Positions 40,222 through 50,797 of a stretch of 64,000 nucleotides of DNA are shown here, in pieces. The stretch lies in IMG/VR virus record IMGVR_UViG_3300042453_003986, positions 14,042 to 78,041 of that record; one strand, written 5' to 3'. A model generated the notes under the pieces. It did no database searches. It had not been told where the DNA came from and saw only the letters and a list, made by a program, of their open reading frames with translations. Numbering within the stretch: the stretch's first letter is position 1; each line of letters opens with the position of its first letter. This DNA comes from a virus. The position numbers and the translations under genes were made by a program.

Positions 40222-40979
40222 TAAGCACCTCGCACAATATGTACTTCGAGTGTTCCTGCAACTGAAGCAGCGGGAACAAAAGAAATAATGATTCCATTAG
40301 TCGGAGAGCTCAACGCGGGCAGATGTTTGAATGCCGCACCTGAAACAGCAGTGCTTAAAACTGCATAGCGAGCGTCTGCTGCTACAGCAAAGCTAGTCAA
40401 CAATAAGTCTGCTTCTAAAGCTCCGTAATCTCCGTACACTCTTAGCTCACCGCTTGCGGCTGACTTGAATGAAAAAGATACTGATCTCCAACCTGAACGA
40501 ATAAGCGGAACATACACAAACCGAGTGTTAGTTCTCGACGTATCAAAAAACGTACCGCTAATAGAAAGCGGAGACAGTGAGCCAGCATTAAACGAATCTT
40601 CAGTAACGTAGATGTCGTCATAACCGGTACTAATTGACGAGACTAGCTCATTAACGTGACCATCACCAGCTGTTTTTAAAGATCCCCGTGCAGTTAAGCG
40701 TAGCGGAGAAAGTTCGTCTTCAGCCAACTCAGTCAGTGTATTTGCGGTTGTTTCTCCGCGGTAGACACCGCCTACAGGTAAAACTGACTTATCAGCACTG
40801 TAGTTGTATGTATACCCAGATACTGCAAAATCTACTGGAAGTGGGGCGGTATACGTTCCCAGTGCTTGTCCTGAATCATCGCTGAGTACAAACTGCTGAT
40901 AATGAACAGTAACTCCGTTTTCCTGTAGTTCTACTGTAGCTAGATTAGAAGCACTAGTAGATGGAATTTCTAAGGGCAT
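40221..40979 (-). CDS. Hypothetical (probable virion) protein
   Basis: First long gene of the structural operon; AGGAGG RBS. Confidence 0.5.
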   Translation of the reverse strand: MPLEIPSTSASNLATVELQENGVTVHYQQFVLSDDSGQALGTYTAPLPVDFAVSGYTYNYSADKSVLPVGGVYRGETTANTLTELAEDELSPLRLTARGSLKTAGDGHVNELVSSISTGYDDIYVTEDSFNAGSLSPLSISGTFFDTSRTNTRFVYVPLIRSGWRSVSFSFKSAASGELRVYGDYGALEADLLLTSFAVAADARYAVLSTAVSGAAFKHLPALSSPTNGIIISFVPAASVAGTLEVHIVRGA

Positions 40980-41005
40980 AAAAGTCCTCCTAATAATGTC
41001 AATAA

Positions 41006-41395
41006 TTATTTGTCAGCTTTAATCTTATTCACAATCGACCTAACGGTTTCTCGAGAAACCGTCAATCCGTGAGAATAGCAAAGCTTTGTGATGTATCTAA
41101 TTGAAAAAGAGGGGTTGTAGATTGCACGAATATACGCTTCTATTGTTTCTGGATGACGAGGCCGTCCTCTCTGCCGGGAAGAACCGTATTGCGTTTGCAG
41201 GGAACTCGCAAAAAACAAGTCGGTGTAATCGGTAGATTCAAGACGATCTATGTAGTACTGCCGTTTTTGCAAGCGCACTAGTTCTTTAAACCAATCGGTG
41301 TCTACGTACGGACTATAGAGCGGATGACAGACTGAGCAAAGGATTGAAGAAGATGAACGAAGAGATTCGCACATCAAGCACTTATTAACATTCAT
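41006..41395 (-). CDS. Zn-finger/HTH protein, possible transcription regulator
   Basis: CLMC..CSVC, RGRPR, C-terminal SIRYITK..VSRETVRSIV HTH-like segment. Confidence 0.55.
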   Translation of the reverse strand: MNVNKCLMCESLRSSSSILCSVCHPLYSPYVDTDWFKELVRLQKRQYYIDRLESTDYTDLFFASSLQTQYGSSRQRGRPRHPETIEAYIRAIYNPSFSIRYITKLCYSHGLTVSRETVRSIVNKIKADK

Positions 41396-41547
41396 AGGTA
41401 TCCATTGACAAAAAATTTCGGCAATACTGCCGCTTCTATTTTACCAAAGCGGACTTTAAAAAGCAAGTAAAAACAAAAAATGCTGAAGATGAGCGGAATA
41501 TGAGTAAAATATAAGAAAATTCTCATCTAATTCTCATGAAAATGCTC

Positions 41548-41576
41548 TTGCGGAACTTGACAAGAAAAATTATAAT
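41548..41576 (+). promoter_or_regulatory. Sigma70-type promoter
   Basis: TTGCGG-17-TATAAT. Confidence 0.5.
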
Positions 41577-41783
41577 TGAACTACCCGAAACCCCTTAAAC
41601 CGTTAAAGAAAAAAGTTTTCAGAATAAATAGAAATATGCTTAGAAATAAGTAAGAATAAAGATCTCTTTAAAAATATGTAAATAAACAAATATACTTAAA
41701 TAAAAAGAAGAACAAGTAAACAGTAGTATTTAAGGAATAGTCTATCTATATATCTATATATAGATAGTGTTCTTTTTTTTTTT

Positions 41784-41812
41784 TTGAAATTTTGCCGTTT
41801 TTCCTGTATAAT
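41784..41812 (+). promoter_or_regulatory. Sigma70-type promoter for the mazG-nrdJ operon
   Basis: TTGAAA-17-TATAAT with an upstream T tract. Confidence 0.6.
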
Positions 41813-41880
41813 ACTTGAAGGGTTAGTCTTTGCTTGTGGTAGTCCGCTTTAGTTTCCGATTATTTTTTTTAAGGAGTTTT

Positions 41881-42222
41881 ATGCCTAATGTGTCTTTTGA
41901 GCAGTATGCTCAGTTAGTAGAGGATACTCGTGTGTATCCTGAAACGTATGCCGTCATCTATCCAAGCCTTGGTCTTGCAAACGAAGCAGGTGAAGTACTT
42001 GGAAAGGTTAAAAAGGCACTCCGCGATAACAACATTGATGCTCCGTTTACTCCGCAAGTAATCAGCGATGTTGCCGATGAGCTTGGTGACGTTCTTTGGT
42101 ACATCACTTGTCTTGCACGAGATCTGGGTGTTTCTTTAGATGAGATCGTAGAACGGAATTATGTAAAGTTAACGGATCGCAAAGCGCGAAACGTACTTAA
42201 AGGAAGTGGAGATAAGCGATGA
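41881..42222 (+). CDS. MazG-like nucleotide pyrophosphohydrolase
   Basis: LGLANEAGEV..KVKK..RD...DELGDVLWY...N..KL..R; ATG 41881 after AAGGAG. Confidence 0.9.
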   Translation: MPNVSFEQYAQLVEDTRVYPETYAVIYPSLGLANEAGEVLGKVKKALRDNNIDAPFTPQVISDVADELGDVLWYITCLARDLGVSLDEIVERNYVKLTDRKARNVLKGSGDKR

Positions 42223-42524
42223 ACTTAGTAAATGGGTCACAGCGCCCTGTACAGCGCTATACTGTAATCGGATGGGATGCGAACTCAGACGGATCGTTTT
42301 CTGTGGAGTTTGCCGTTACCAGTCCAAATCAAGAAGAGTACGAAGCGTATAGAATAAATATTCCGTTTCAGGGAGAAGATCCGGCGTTGTTTTTCGCCAA
42401 GCTCCGAAACTACATGGTTAGTCATGTAGCTTATTTAGACAGTCTTTCAGCCATTAAGCAGCAGTTGGGCGGGTTTACGTTTACCGACTGTATTATACAA
42501 GGAGTTTCCAATGTTTCTCAGTAG
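42219..42524 (+). CDS. Hypothetical protein
   Basis: ATGA-coupled to the MazG gene. Confidence 0.6.
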   Translation: MNLVNGSQRPVQRYTVIGWDANSDGSFSVEFAVTSPNQEEYEAYRINIPFQGEDPALFFAKLRNYMVSHVAYLDSLSAIKQQLGGFTFTDCIIQGVSNVSQ

Positions 42525-44625
42525 CTCATTTCTCGCCAAGTACGGCGACAACCCTCAGTGGCCAACTCTGCTGGGTCAGTTTGTATATCTCCGCACGTAT
42601 TCTCGATTTCTTCCAGAAGAAGGCCGCCGAGAAACGTGGAAGGAAACTGTTCGACGTGTGGTCGAGTACTCAATTGGTTTGGACAAACACAGCAGTCCCG
42701 ACCGTCTTACCGAAGAGGCTCGCTTACTTTTTGATTACATGTTTAACTTAAAGGTATTTCCTGCAGGGCGCACGTTGTGGACTGGAGGAACTGAAGCTGC
42801 TAAGCAGTACCCGATGTCCAACTTTAACTGCAGTTTTGTAGTGGTGGACAGCTTTACCGCGTTTTTCGATGCGTTCTATCTAATGATGCTGGGGACTGGC
42901 GTAGGTTTTCGTGTGCTTCCTGACGACGTAAAAAAGCTGCCAAAGATTGGCCGACTTGTGTATTCGGAAGTTCCGTACGTACCCGTTTCAAAAGCGGAGC
43001 GTGCTCAAGAGACGTCTGTGCGTGCCGTAGAGCCACACGTGTACGAAGTACACATTGGAGATACTAAGGAAGGCTGGGTTGAGGGACTTCGCGTGCTAAT
43101 GGAAAAAGCCGAAGTCGCTTACGAGGAGCGTGTTCCCGTTACTCTAGTGTTTAATTACAACAGCGTGCGTCCTGCTGGCGAGCCTTTGCGTGTCTTTGGC
43201 GGACGTGCTTCGGGACCTGAAGCTTTGCGCGATATGTACCGTCAAATTATTGCAGTAATCAACAGCGTTCCTGCAAAGCAGCACCGACTTCGCACCGTAG
43301 ACGCAATGGATATTATGAACTTGATCGGACAAGCGGTGGTAGTGGGCGGAGTTCGTCGTTCTAGCGAAATCACGTTGTTTTCTGTAGAGGATCAAAGTGT
43401 GTTGGAGGCAAAAACGGGTCTGTGGACCGATCCGGCAAAAGCCGACAAGCGCTATCGTGCAATGTCTAATAACTCGGTGTTTTTTACAGAAAAGCCATCG
43501 CGAAAAATCCTCGAGGATATTTTTGCCCGCATTATGGACAACGGAGAACCCGGATTTATCAACGCAGCCGCTGCATCAAAGCGCCGTAAGTGGTACGCTG
43601 GCACTAACCCGTGTGCAGAGATTTTGTTGGCCAACAACGGCGTGTGTAACCTTTCCGAAGTAAACGTTGCCGCTTTCGTAAACGAAGACAATCAATTTAA
43701 CACTCAAGAGTTTCTAGTCGCTGTTGCTCTTGCAACGCGGATCGGTGTCCGGATGGCTTCGGTTGACCTAGAACTTCCTCACTGGGATGCCGTGCAAAAA
43801 CGCGATCGACTGACTGGAGTTTCTTTGACTGGATACGTAGAAGCGATGAATCGCGTGGGCTTGTCCACCACTGAAGAAAGTGATGATTTATGCGACGTAG
43901 TGCTAGCGCAGGCACGTAAAGCTGCTCACGATGTCGCTAACAACTATTCGGCTCATCTAAAGATAACCGCTCCGCTGCTGACTACGTGTGTTAAGCCTTC
44001 TGGAACAATCGCACAGCTTCCAACAGTGAGCTCTGGTGCACACGCGTCATATGCTCCGTACTACATTCGCCGTGTACGCATTAGCAGCACAGACCCGCTG
44101 GCAAAGGCTATGCGAAGCCTTGGCTTTGTCACATATCCAGAAGCAACGTACGCGCTTCCGCATCAGTTTGAGGCGATGAGTTTGGAAGAGCGCACTGTGT
44201 TGATGCAAGAGGCAAAAACGTGGGTTATTGAGTTTCCGGTTAAAACGGCTGCACAACGCCCCGCTTCAGCAGAATCTGCACTTGAGCAGCTAAACCGTTA
44301 CTTTATTCTGCAGAAGCATTGGACTGATCACAATACTTCAATCACTGTGACAATCAAGCCAGAAGAGGTAGAGCAGGTAATTGACTTACTTCTTGAGCGC
44401 TGGGATGACTACATCGGTGTTTCGTTCTTACCCGCCTCGACTGGAGCGTATCCATTGATGCCGTACGAAGAAATTACGCAAGCGGAATACGAACGGCGCG
44501 CTGCTGGTATTGCAGACATCACAGGCGACGTGTTGACAGCACGTCTAGATATTTTTGAGTCTGGTGGAAATCCGGACGAGATTTTGGATTCTGATTGCGA
44601 AGGCGGCGCTTGTCCGATTCGCTGA
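42511..44625 (+). CDS. nrdJ: Class II (B12-dependent) ribonucleotide reductase, monomeric RTPR type
   Basis: YLRTYSR, GRTLW, FNC, GGVRRS, TNPCAEI, CNLSE, KPSGT, C-terminal CEGGACPIR. Confidence 0.95.
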   Translation: MFLSSSFLAKYGDNPQWPTLLGQFVYLRTYSRFLPEEGRRETWKETVRRVVEYSIGLDKHSSPDRLTEEARLLFDYMFNLKVFPAGRTLWTGGTEAAKQYPMSNFNCSFVVVDSFTAFFDAFYLMMLGTGVGFRVLPDDVKKLPKIGRLVYSEVPYVPVSKAERAQETSVRAVEPHVYEVHIGDTKEGWVEGLRVLMEKAEVAYEERVPVTLVFNYNSVRPAGEPLRVFGGRASGPEALRDMYRQIIAVINSVPAKQHRLRTVDAMDIMNLIGQAVVVGGVRRSSEITLFSVEDQSVLEAKTGLWTDPAKADKRYRAMSNNSVFFTEKPSRKILEDIFARIMDNGEPGFINAAAASKRRKWYAGTNPCAEILLANNGVCNLSEVNVAAFVNEDNQFNTQEFLVAVALATRIGVRMASVDLELPHWDAVQKRDRLTGVSLTGYVEAMNRVGLSTTEESDDLCDVVLAQARKAAHDVANNYSAHLKITAPLLTTCVKPSGTIAQLPTVSSGAHASYAPYYIRRVRISSTDPLAKAMRSLGFVTYPEATYALPHQFEAMSLEERTVLMQEAKTWVIEFPVKTAAQRPASAESALEQLNRYFILQKHWTDHNTSITVTIKPEEVEQVIDLLLERWDDYIGVSFLPASTGAYPLMPYEEITQAEYERRAAGIADITGDVLTARLDIFESGGNPDEILDSDCEGGACPIR

Positions 44626-44699
44626 CAAATTAACTCTGTAGTTAGTAGAGGGCAAGCTGTCTGTTTTGGGCAGCTTGTCCTTTCAAAGGACAGCAATAC

Positions 44700-45347
44700 A
44701 TGGCAAAAAGTCGTCGATTTCAGGAGATACTGGATAGTTACTCAGACAAGTATGACTTGGCTACGCTATCGTCTCCGAACGACCGAGCAAACCTTGAGAT
44801 GCTCATCAACAATCAAGTAATCGTTGAAAGTATTCAAGCAAAGCTTCAAGAGCTGACGGAAGACGATCCAGTGGAGAATATTGACATTATTCAGCGTTTA
44901 GGCTCGTCTCTTAAAGACATTATTGAGCGAAATTTGCAACTGGAGCGTGCACTTGCTCTTGATCGAAAGACTCGCAACACTAACACGTCTGAGTCGGTCG
45001 CGGAGTACCTTGTAAATTTAAAGCAGGTGGCTTTAGACTTTTTAGAGAAGCGCCTACTGCGCGTGTACTGCCCTGATTGTAAAATCATGGTTGCGCGTCT
45101 TTCGATTGTGCAAGAGCACAGCCCATTTTCACTTCGTGTCAAGTGCAGTCAATGTGAAAAAGATGTAATTATAGAGCGAGAAGAAAAAGACATCTTTTTT
45201 GACGTAGCCGACTCTGCGTGGAGAAGAAAGTACCAATACAAGGTTCAGAAGGCAAAGAAAACCGAATCTTCCATTGAAGAGGTTGAAGACGACCTGCTGC
45301 TTGTTGACCCTGAGGAGGACAGCGATGCTCATTCCGAAGCTCAGTGA
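44700..45347 (+). CDS. Putative terminase small subunit
   Basis: Directly upstream of and overlapping the large terminase; helical with CPDC..CSQC. Confidence 0.5.
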   Translation: MAKSRRFQEILDSYSDKYDLATLSSPNDRANLEMLINNQVIVESIQAKLQELTEDDPVENIDIIQRLGSSLKDIIERNLQLERALALDRKTRNTNTSESVAEYLVNLKQVALDFLEKRLLRVYCPDCKIMVARLSIVQEHSPFSLRVKCSQCEKDVIIEREEKDIFFDVADSAWRRKYQYKVQKAKKTESSIEEVEDDLLLVDPEEDSDAHSEAQ

Positions 45348-47922
45348 GGCCGAGTATGCTCTGTTAGAGGTGATTGAGGACCCTATCTGGCTAAACGAGT
45401 TTCTGCGGTCGACTAATTATGGTGACATGAACAAAAGTAATTGGCCGGCAGAGGAGTTTTCGTTTCGTCCGTATCAGCGTGAGCTGCTTACAGACCAATC
45501 GCCGCATATTGTAGTTACTGGGGGACGTGCTATTGGAAAGTGTCAGCCAGCACATGCACGCGTGTACACTACCGAAGGATACAAAACTATCACGCAGTTG
45601 AAGAAACAGCCGTCTTTTGTGACATACGGATACTCGGAAGAAACAAAGACATTTACTAAACGACGAGCGTACATTCGCAGGGACAAGTGGAAACGTTGTT
45701 TTCACATTAAGTCAGCGACAGCACGCGATCTTATCGTCACAGATGCTCACCCAGTCCTCACGCCTAAAGGGTACGTTATGGCTGGTCATCTGCGTGTCGG
45801 CGACCTCATTGCTACAATGAATCAGTTACCGACTGAGCACTGTCAAGACACAACGATGAAGTGGGCAGAAGCGCGAGCATTAGGTTACTTTTCTGTAAAC
45901 AGCTTATATGTCCGTTCTTCCGGAGGAATTAAGCCCAGATTTCGCAAGATTGAGGCGGAATTGCACGCAATTGCAGAAGATCTGTACTTGCAGGTAAGAA
46001 AGCTTGACGATGGCCGCGTATACTTAGATCGACTAAAAGCCAGCGGAGTAAAACATACCGTAACTCAGCTTCGGCTAGAGTTGGGTTTGCTTAAAGAAGA
46101 AGATCGTCGAGTAAACCGCCTTGACTGGTTAAAGACATACTCTTTACCGACAATCAAGGCATTTATTGAGGCTGCTTTTGCTCAGTACGGTAACTTGTCG
46201 TTAGACCGAGTATCTCTAAAAGTAACCAATCGGGCGTACGTAGAAGATTGGCGAGAAATTTTGCTATACTTCGGAGTTTCCACTACAATTACAAAATTAG
46301 CCGATCATACCGACGAACGTCATGACCTAGACATTGACGACAGCGTCTGGCTGCTGGAAACTGCTACAAAACGAGATGCTCGCGTGTTTTGGGGTCAGTT
46401 TACTCTGCCGGGTGTGGCTATTTCAGAAAAAGCAGCAGAGCCGATGGCCTCTGAATGGTTTCGATGGGAACCTATTACCGAAATCAGCATTACTAATCGA
46501 TTTAATTTGACCTACTCCATTCATGTGTACCAAGACGAAACGTACATTTCAGAAAACATCGTGGTGCATAACTCGGTCATTCTGGAAGACTTGTTGACGT
46601 ATCAGGTGTTAAATTCAAATATTGAATTTCCAAAAACACCTGAACAACTACTCGTTACGCCAAATACTTCGCAGATGACCCCATTACTGGATCGACTAGT
46701 GTTGAAGTTTACTACTTCTCCGATGCTAAAAGATTTTCTTAAAAATCAAATTAACCGATCAAAAGGAACGCTTGACTTTAGTATGGGAGCGCGACAGCAT
46801 CGTTTGTACGCACGTATTGCCGGTAGCAAAGAGGCAAACAACCTTGTAGGTCTGCACATTCCTAAGGTATGCGGAGATGAGTTCCAGCTTTTTTCTATGT
46901 CTGCGTTTAACCAGCTGCAGCCTACTATCAACACTTGGGAAAGCAAAGTACAGGAGGTATATTTCGGAGTACCAAACGGTATGCGAAATATGGCGATTTA
47001 CGTGCTAGACATGAAGATGGCCAAGTTTAAAAAGTACCGCATTCCTGCACCCAATAACCCGTACTTCACTCGCGATGACTGGAATGACGCGCTGGCAAAA
47101 TTTGGTGGAGAAGACAGCGACACCTTCCAACAACTAATTCTTGGCCGTCACGGCTCTCCTTCGTTTCAGCTACTTTCTCGCGATCAGATGAAAACGGTCC
47201 CGATTGACTTCTACCGGTATCGATACGCGCAAGCCGACAAAGAATCGGGTAAATCGTATCGAGATGCTCTTCCGGTCATTAAGCTTCCTCCTCACTTAGA
47301 TGTCGTATTCTCGATTGACACCGGATTTTCTGATCCAACAATTATCCAAGTACTTATCCGTACCGAGACTTACTGGGTATGCGTACGGCGATACCGTATT
47401 CAGCGCATCGACTATCCAGAGCAAGAACAGATTATTGACTACCTTGTAAAAGCGTATCTTCCCTCACTCGTGGCAGTAGACGTAGGTGCTGGAGGCGGTG
47501 GTGCAGGAATTATCCAAAGTTTGAAAACAAGGCCTGAGTATGCTGCGATGAACTACGCAAAGCGAATTCTCCCTGTGCAGTTTAATGAAAAAGTGGTGCT
47601 GGGTGCTGCGGACGAAATTGAAGTCAGTGAATCATTTAAATCGTGGGGCACTGGCGAGCTTGTCAAGAATATCTATAGCGGTAATTTAGTATTTTCTGAA
47701 GTAGACGCGGAAGGCATCTCGCAGCTTGAACGCTTGGCTCGTCAACGACGTACTAGCGGAGCAATGCACTACTTTATTACTTCGCCCCGAGGCTTTGGAG
47801 AGACAGCCGATGATCACATTTACGCAAGCTACTTATGTTTTATTGCCGCTCTTCGTGAGCCAAAGCAAGCGGCCTTAGTTCCGTCCTTGGCAAGGGCGAC
47901 CAGTCAATTTACACAGAGGTAA
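45325..47922 (+). CDS. Terminase large subunit with intein
   Basis: RPYQ, Walker A GGRAIGK|S split by the intein, GDE Walker B, GVPNG, SIDTGFSDPT nuclease, DDH. Confidence 0.9.
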   Translation: MLIPKLSEAEYALLEVIEDPIWLNEFLRSTNYGDMNKSNWPAEEFSFRPYQRELLTDQSPHIVVTGGRAIGKCQPAHARVYTTEGYKTITQLKKQPSFVTYGYSEETKTFTKRRAYIRRDKWKRCFHIKSATARDLIVTDAHPVLTPKGYVMAGHLRVGDLIATMNQLPTEHCQDTTMKWAEARALGYFSVNSLYVRSSGGIKPRFRKIEAELHAIAEDLYLQVRKLDDGRVYLDRLKASGVKHTVTQLRLELGLLKEEDRRVNRLDWLKTYSLPTIKAFIEAAFAQYGNLSLDRVSLKVTNRAYVEDWREILLYFGVSTTITKLADHTDERHDLDIDDSVWLLETATKRDARVFWGQFTLPGVAISEKAAEPMASEWFRWEPITEISITNRFNLTYSIHVYQDETYISENIVVHNSVILEDLLTYQVLNSNIEFPKTPEQLLVTPNTSQMTPLLDRLVLKFTTSPMLKDFLKNQINRSKGTLDFSMGARQHRLYARIAGSKEANNLVGLHIPKVCGDEFQLFSMSAFNQLQPTINTWESKVQEVYFGVPNGMRNMAIYVLDMKMAKFKKYRIPAPNNPYFTRDDWNDALAKFGGEDSDTFQQLILGRHGSPSFQLLSRDQMKTVPIDFYRYRYAQADKESGKSYRDALPVIKLPPHLDVVFSIDTGFSDPTIIQVLIRTETYWVCVRRYRIQRIDYPEQEQIIDYLVKAYLPSLVAVDVGAGGGGAGIIQSLKTRPEYAAMNYAKRILPVQFNEKVVLGAADEIEVSESFKSWGTGELVKNIYSGNLVFSEVDAEGISQLERLARQRRTSGAMHYFITSPRGFGETADDHIYASYLCFIAALREPKQAALVPSLARATSQFTQR
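45541..46572 (+). mobile_element. Intein (344 aa) in the terminase Walker A motif
   Basis: Starts CQPAHARV, block B VTDAHPVLT, ends YISENIVVHN followed by Ser; central LAGLIDADG-like remnants. Confidence 0.9.
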
Positions 47923-47926
47923 CACT

Positions 47927-49342
47927 ATGACTTTATCAAAAGCGGTGGCCGGGTTCAGCCCGAATCCGGTTTACACTTATAACCTAAACGTAGTTGGTTA
48001 CTACGATCCCCTGCAGGCTCCTTTCGACAACACTAAACGATACACGTACCACGAGCTTATTCGATTCTGTCGTTACTTCTTTGAAACAGACACTATCGCG
48101 CGAACAGTTATTAACCGTATGGTTGATATGTCGATTACGGAGCTACAAAACGAGCCGAGTGCAGATATTGACCGCACTGTCCAAGTGTTCTACGACGCAG
48201 TGGCTAAAAAACTTCAACCCTACTTAGAGATGGTTGCTCTTGAGTATCTCGTGAACGGGATGGCTGTTCCTGAGCTTGTGTATTCGACAACGATGCTTAA
48301 TCGGCTTGATCGGTCTCTTGGCCGAAAGCGAGTAGAGCTTCCCGAGTCAGTGTGGGTGCGTAATCCTTCAAATTTACGCCTTAAACGGCGTCCTGCTGGG
48401 ATGGAGCGTACAGTGTACCTCGAAATTCCCCCAGAAGACGTTGAATACGTTCAAAACAAAGGAAAACGCGCTGATGGTACTGAAGATGTCGAAGGGTATA
48501 AAGAGCTTGTCAAGTCATATCCTGAATATGTACGAGCGGTTGCAAAAGGCCAGCGCTTGTTTATGCTACCAAACGCGTACGTTATTTACGGAGATGTACT
48601 CAGCCACGCAGACTACCCCATTCCGCTGCTAAAAAATGCACTAAAAGCTATGCAGCACAAAGAGTATTTGAAGCTGATGGACCAGACTATTGTATCTCGG
48701 TCTATCGAACTTATTCGCCAAGTAAAAGTCGGTTCGGATGTTTTTCCTGCAACCGATGACGACCTCACGGCTACTAAAATTGCACTTGCCGAGGCAGCTG
48801 CTAGTGGAGACCGTGTATTTAACCTGTTTACTAACCACACTGTAGACATCAAGTGGGTACTTCCCCCGCTTGACGCTCTACTTAGCGATGTTAAGTATGT
48901 CGAGCCAAACGCAGAAATTTTTCTAGCGCTTGGGTTTCCTCGAGTGCTTACTGTCGGAGAATCGTTGCGAAGCAATTCGTCAGATAGTCGAATTGCCTCG
49001 TTGGGTCCTATGTCGCGGTTGTTGAGAATGCGCGAAAAATTGCTCCGTTGGGTAGAGTTTGTCTATCAGGAACTTGCTGAACGAAACGGCTTTACGGTTT
49101 GGCCGAAACCCGTGCTTAGTCCTGTGCAGTTCCAAGACATGACCGCTTTGACACAATTTGCTATTCAGGCTCAACAAGCAGGAGCGATCAGCAAAGATGT
49201 GATTGCTCAAATGTACGGAACTACCTATCAAAAAGAACTCGAAAAAATTCAGCAGGAGTCCGCGAATGATCAACAAGAGCCCGCAACACCAGAAGAACCT
49301 GATCCTTCCTCCGGGACAGGGATACCTCCTACGCAAGAGTGA
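47927..49342 (+). CDS. Portal protein
   Basis: 471 aa directly after the terminase; helical, CRYFF..D.IA..VIN pattern. Confidence 0.8.
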   Translation: MTLSKAVAGFSPNPVYTYNLNVVGYYDPLQAPFDNTKRYTYHELIRFCRYFFETDTIARTVINRMVDMSITELQNEPSADIDRTVQVFYDAVAKKLQPYLEMVALEYLVNGMAVPELVYSTTMLNRLDRSLGRKRVELPESVWVRNPSNLRLKRRPAGMERTVYLEIPPEDVEYVQNKGKRADGTEDVEGYKELVKSYPEYVRAVAKGQRLFMLPNAYVIYGDVLSHADYPIPLLKNALKAMQHKEYLKLMDQTIVSRSIELIRQVKVGSDVFPATDDDLTATKIALAEAAASGDRVFNLFTNHTVDIKWVLPPLDALLSDVKYVEPNAEIFLALGFPRVLTVGESLRSNSSDSRIASLGPMSRLLRMREKLLRWVEFVYQELAERNGFTVWPKPVLSPVQFQDMTALTQFAIQAQQAGAISKDVIAQMYGTTYQKELEKIQQESANDQQEPATPEEPDPSSGTGIPPTQE

Positions 49343-49976
49343 TGATACGTACAAGTCATTCATTGTACACACAACCAACGGAGCAGCTGGGTCAAAATCT
49401 GAAAACGAACTACGCTTTCTCGCCACATCTCGACTAGTTAGCGCACATTATCTCATTGGAAAAACTGGAGAAATCTTTCAAGTACTTGATCCGGAGTCGT
49501 ACATTGCGTGGCATACCGGAGCAACAGCATCTCCAGAGACAGCAAACCGAGCAAGCATCGGCGTCGAAGTCCACTTCACACCCGCAGAAATTGATTGGAA
49601 CGTCGAACTGTGGATTGGCTTGACCCGGCTAGCCCGCATATATCAGCATTTAGAAATCTTGACTCATCGAGAAATTGCAATCCCTAAAGGACGCAAAATT
49701 GATCCATCCGGAGTGACTGACGCGCAGTTTTCCGCATGGAAAAAATCACTTAATGAACCGTTGCTGACCGCACGACTAAAAGTAAACTCGAACGTACGCA
49801 GCAGTCCGTATCTTCAGGACAATATTGTACGCACATATCAAAAAAACAAGGTTGTACTAGTTCAAAAAAATCCAGTTTTAGGTGATACCGTTTACAATAA
49901 TGGCCAAGTATGGTATTATTGTAACTGGCTAGGCTACATACACTCTTCTCTAATCGAACTCGGAGGTGAGGTATGA
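49266..49976 (+). CDS. Endolysin: N-acetylmuramoyl-L-alanine amidase + SH3-like domain
   Basis: IVHTT, SAHYLI, AWHTG, SIGVE, THREI..RKIDP; C-terminal NVRSSP...W..GYIHSSL. Confidence 0.9.
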   Translation: MINKSPQHQKNLILPPGQGYLLRKSDDTYKSFIVHTTNGAAGSKSENELRFLATSRLVSAHYLIGKTGEIFQVLDPESYIAWHTGATASPETANRASIGVEVHFTPAEIDWNVELWIGLTRLARIYQHLEILTHREIAIPKGRKIDPSGVTDAQFSAWKKSLNEPLLTARLKVNSNVRSSPYLQDNIVRTYQKNKVVLVQKNPVLGDTVYNNGQVWYYCNWLGYIHSSLIELGGEV

Positions 49977-50305
49977 GCAGCGAATCGATGTATGCCGCAA
50001 TTTCGGCAGTTGTTTCTTTTTTGATCGCGTGGATTGGGTTTAAGAAAAGTTCTCAAGAAGCTGACGCACGCTTTCAAACCAATTTGCTGGCACGCATAGA
50101 AACGTTAGAGGACGACAACCAAGCGCTTCGTCAGAAAAACGAAGACTTGCTCCGCATTAACTTGGAAGAGCGACAGCGGCAGCTCGAGCTTGAGCGGAAG
50201 ATTAGCGTAATGGAGGATGAAAAATTACGCATGTTAGATCGCATTCAAGATTTGGAGCGTGTGGTAGAGGGCCTTCGAGCTAAATTGACACAAATGGAGG
50301 CATAA
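49973..50305 (+). CDS. Membrane-anchored coiled-coil protein (lysis cassette)
   Basis: N-terminal hydrophobic helix plus a long coiled coil, between endolysin and holin-like gene. Confidence 0.55.
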   Translation: MSSESMYAAISAVVSFLIAWIGFKKSSQEADARFQTNLLARIETLEDDNQALRQKNEDLLRINLEERQRQLELERKISVMEDEKLRMLDRIQDLERVVEGLRAKLTQMEA

Positions 50306-50739
50306 TGACCCTTGAACAAGCACAGCAGCTCTTTGATCTGCTTGTCGGTGTAGTAATTCCGGTTTTAGTTAGCCGCATCAAGTTGGTGGAGTGGCCAAGC
50401 CAATGGAAGTTTGGATTGGTCTTTGCGATGTCTTTGCTCGCTTCTGCGGTAGTGCCCGTCGCTACAATCAGTAATGAAGGCTTTGATTGGCAGCGCATGC
50501 TCGACTCGTTGGTTCTGATTTTCACAACTACGCAGGTAGTGTATCACAGTGCGTTTAAGCTGCTCGATACGGAAACGCAATTGAACCCTCGAGTAGCGCT
50601 GCTCCGCCTTATTAAGGAGCAAGTGGCATTTTACGTAGCCAGCCTTGATGACAAGGATGTTGCCGAAATTCTTGATCCCGAAAGTGACCGGGGTCTTAGT
50701 GTAATTTTTGACGACGTGACCTTGACGAACGAGGATTAA
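50305..50739 (+). CDS. Putative holin
   Basis: Two to three hydrophobic segments; in the lysis cassette. Confidence 0.6.
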   Translation: MTLEQAQQLFDLLVGVVIPVLVSRIKLVEWPSQWKFGLVFAMSLLASAVVPVATISNEGFDWQRMLDSLVLIFTTTQVVYHSAFKLLDTETQLNPRVALLRLIKEQVAFYVASLDDKDVAEILDPESDRGLSVIFDDVTLTNED

Positions 50740-50744
50740 GCAGT

Positions 50745-50789
50745 GTCCCCCTTACAGCAAAAGACCGCTTGTAAGGGGGACTTTTTTTT
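50745..50789 (+). terminator. Intrinsic terminator
   Basis: GTCCCCCTTACA...TGTAAGGGGGAC followed by T8. Confidence 0.8.
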
Positions 50790-50797
50790 GGAGGATT

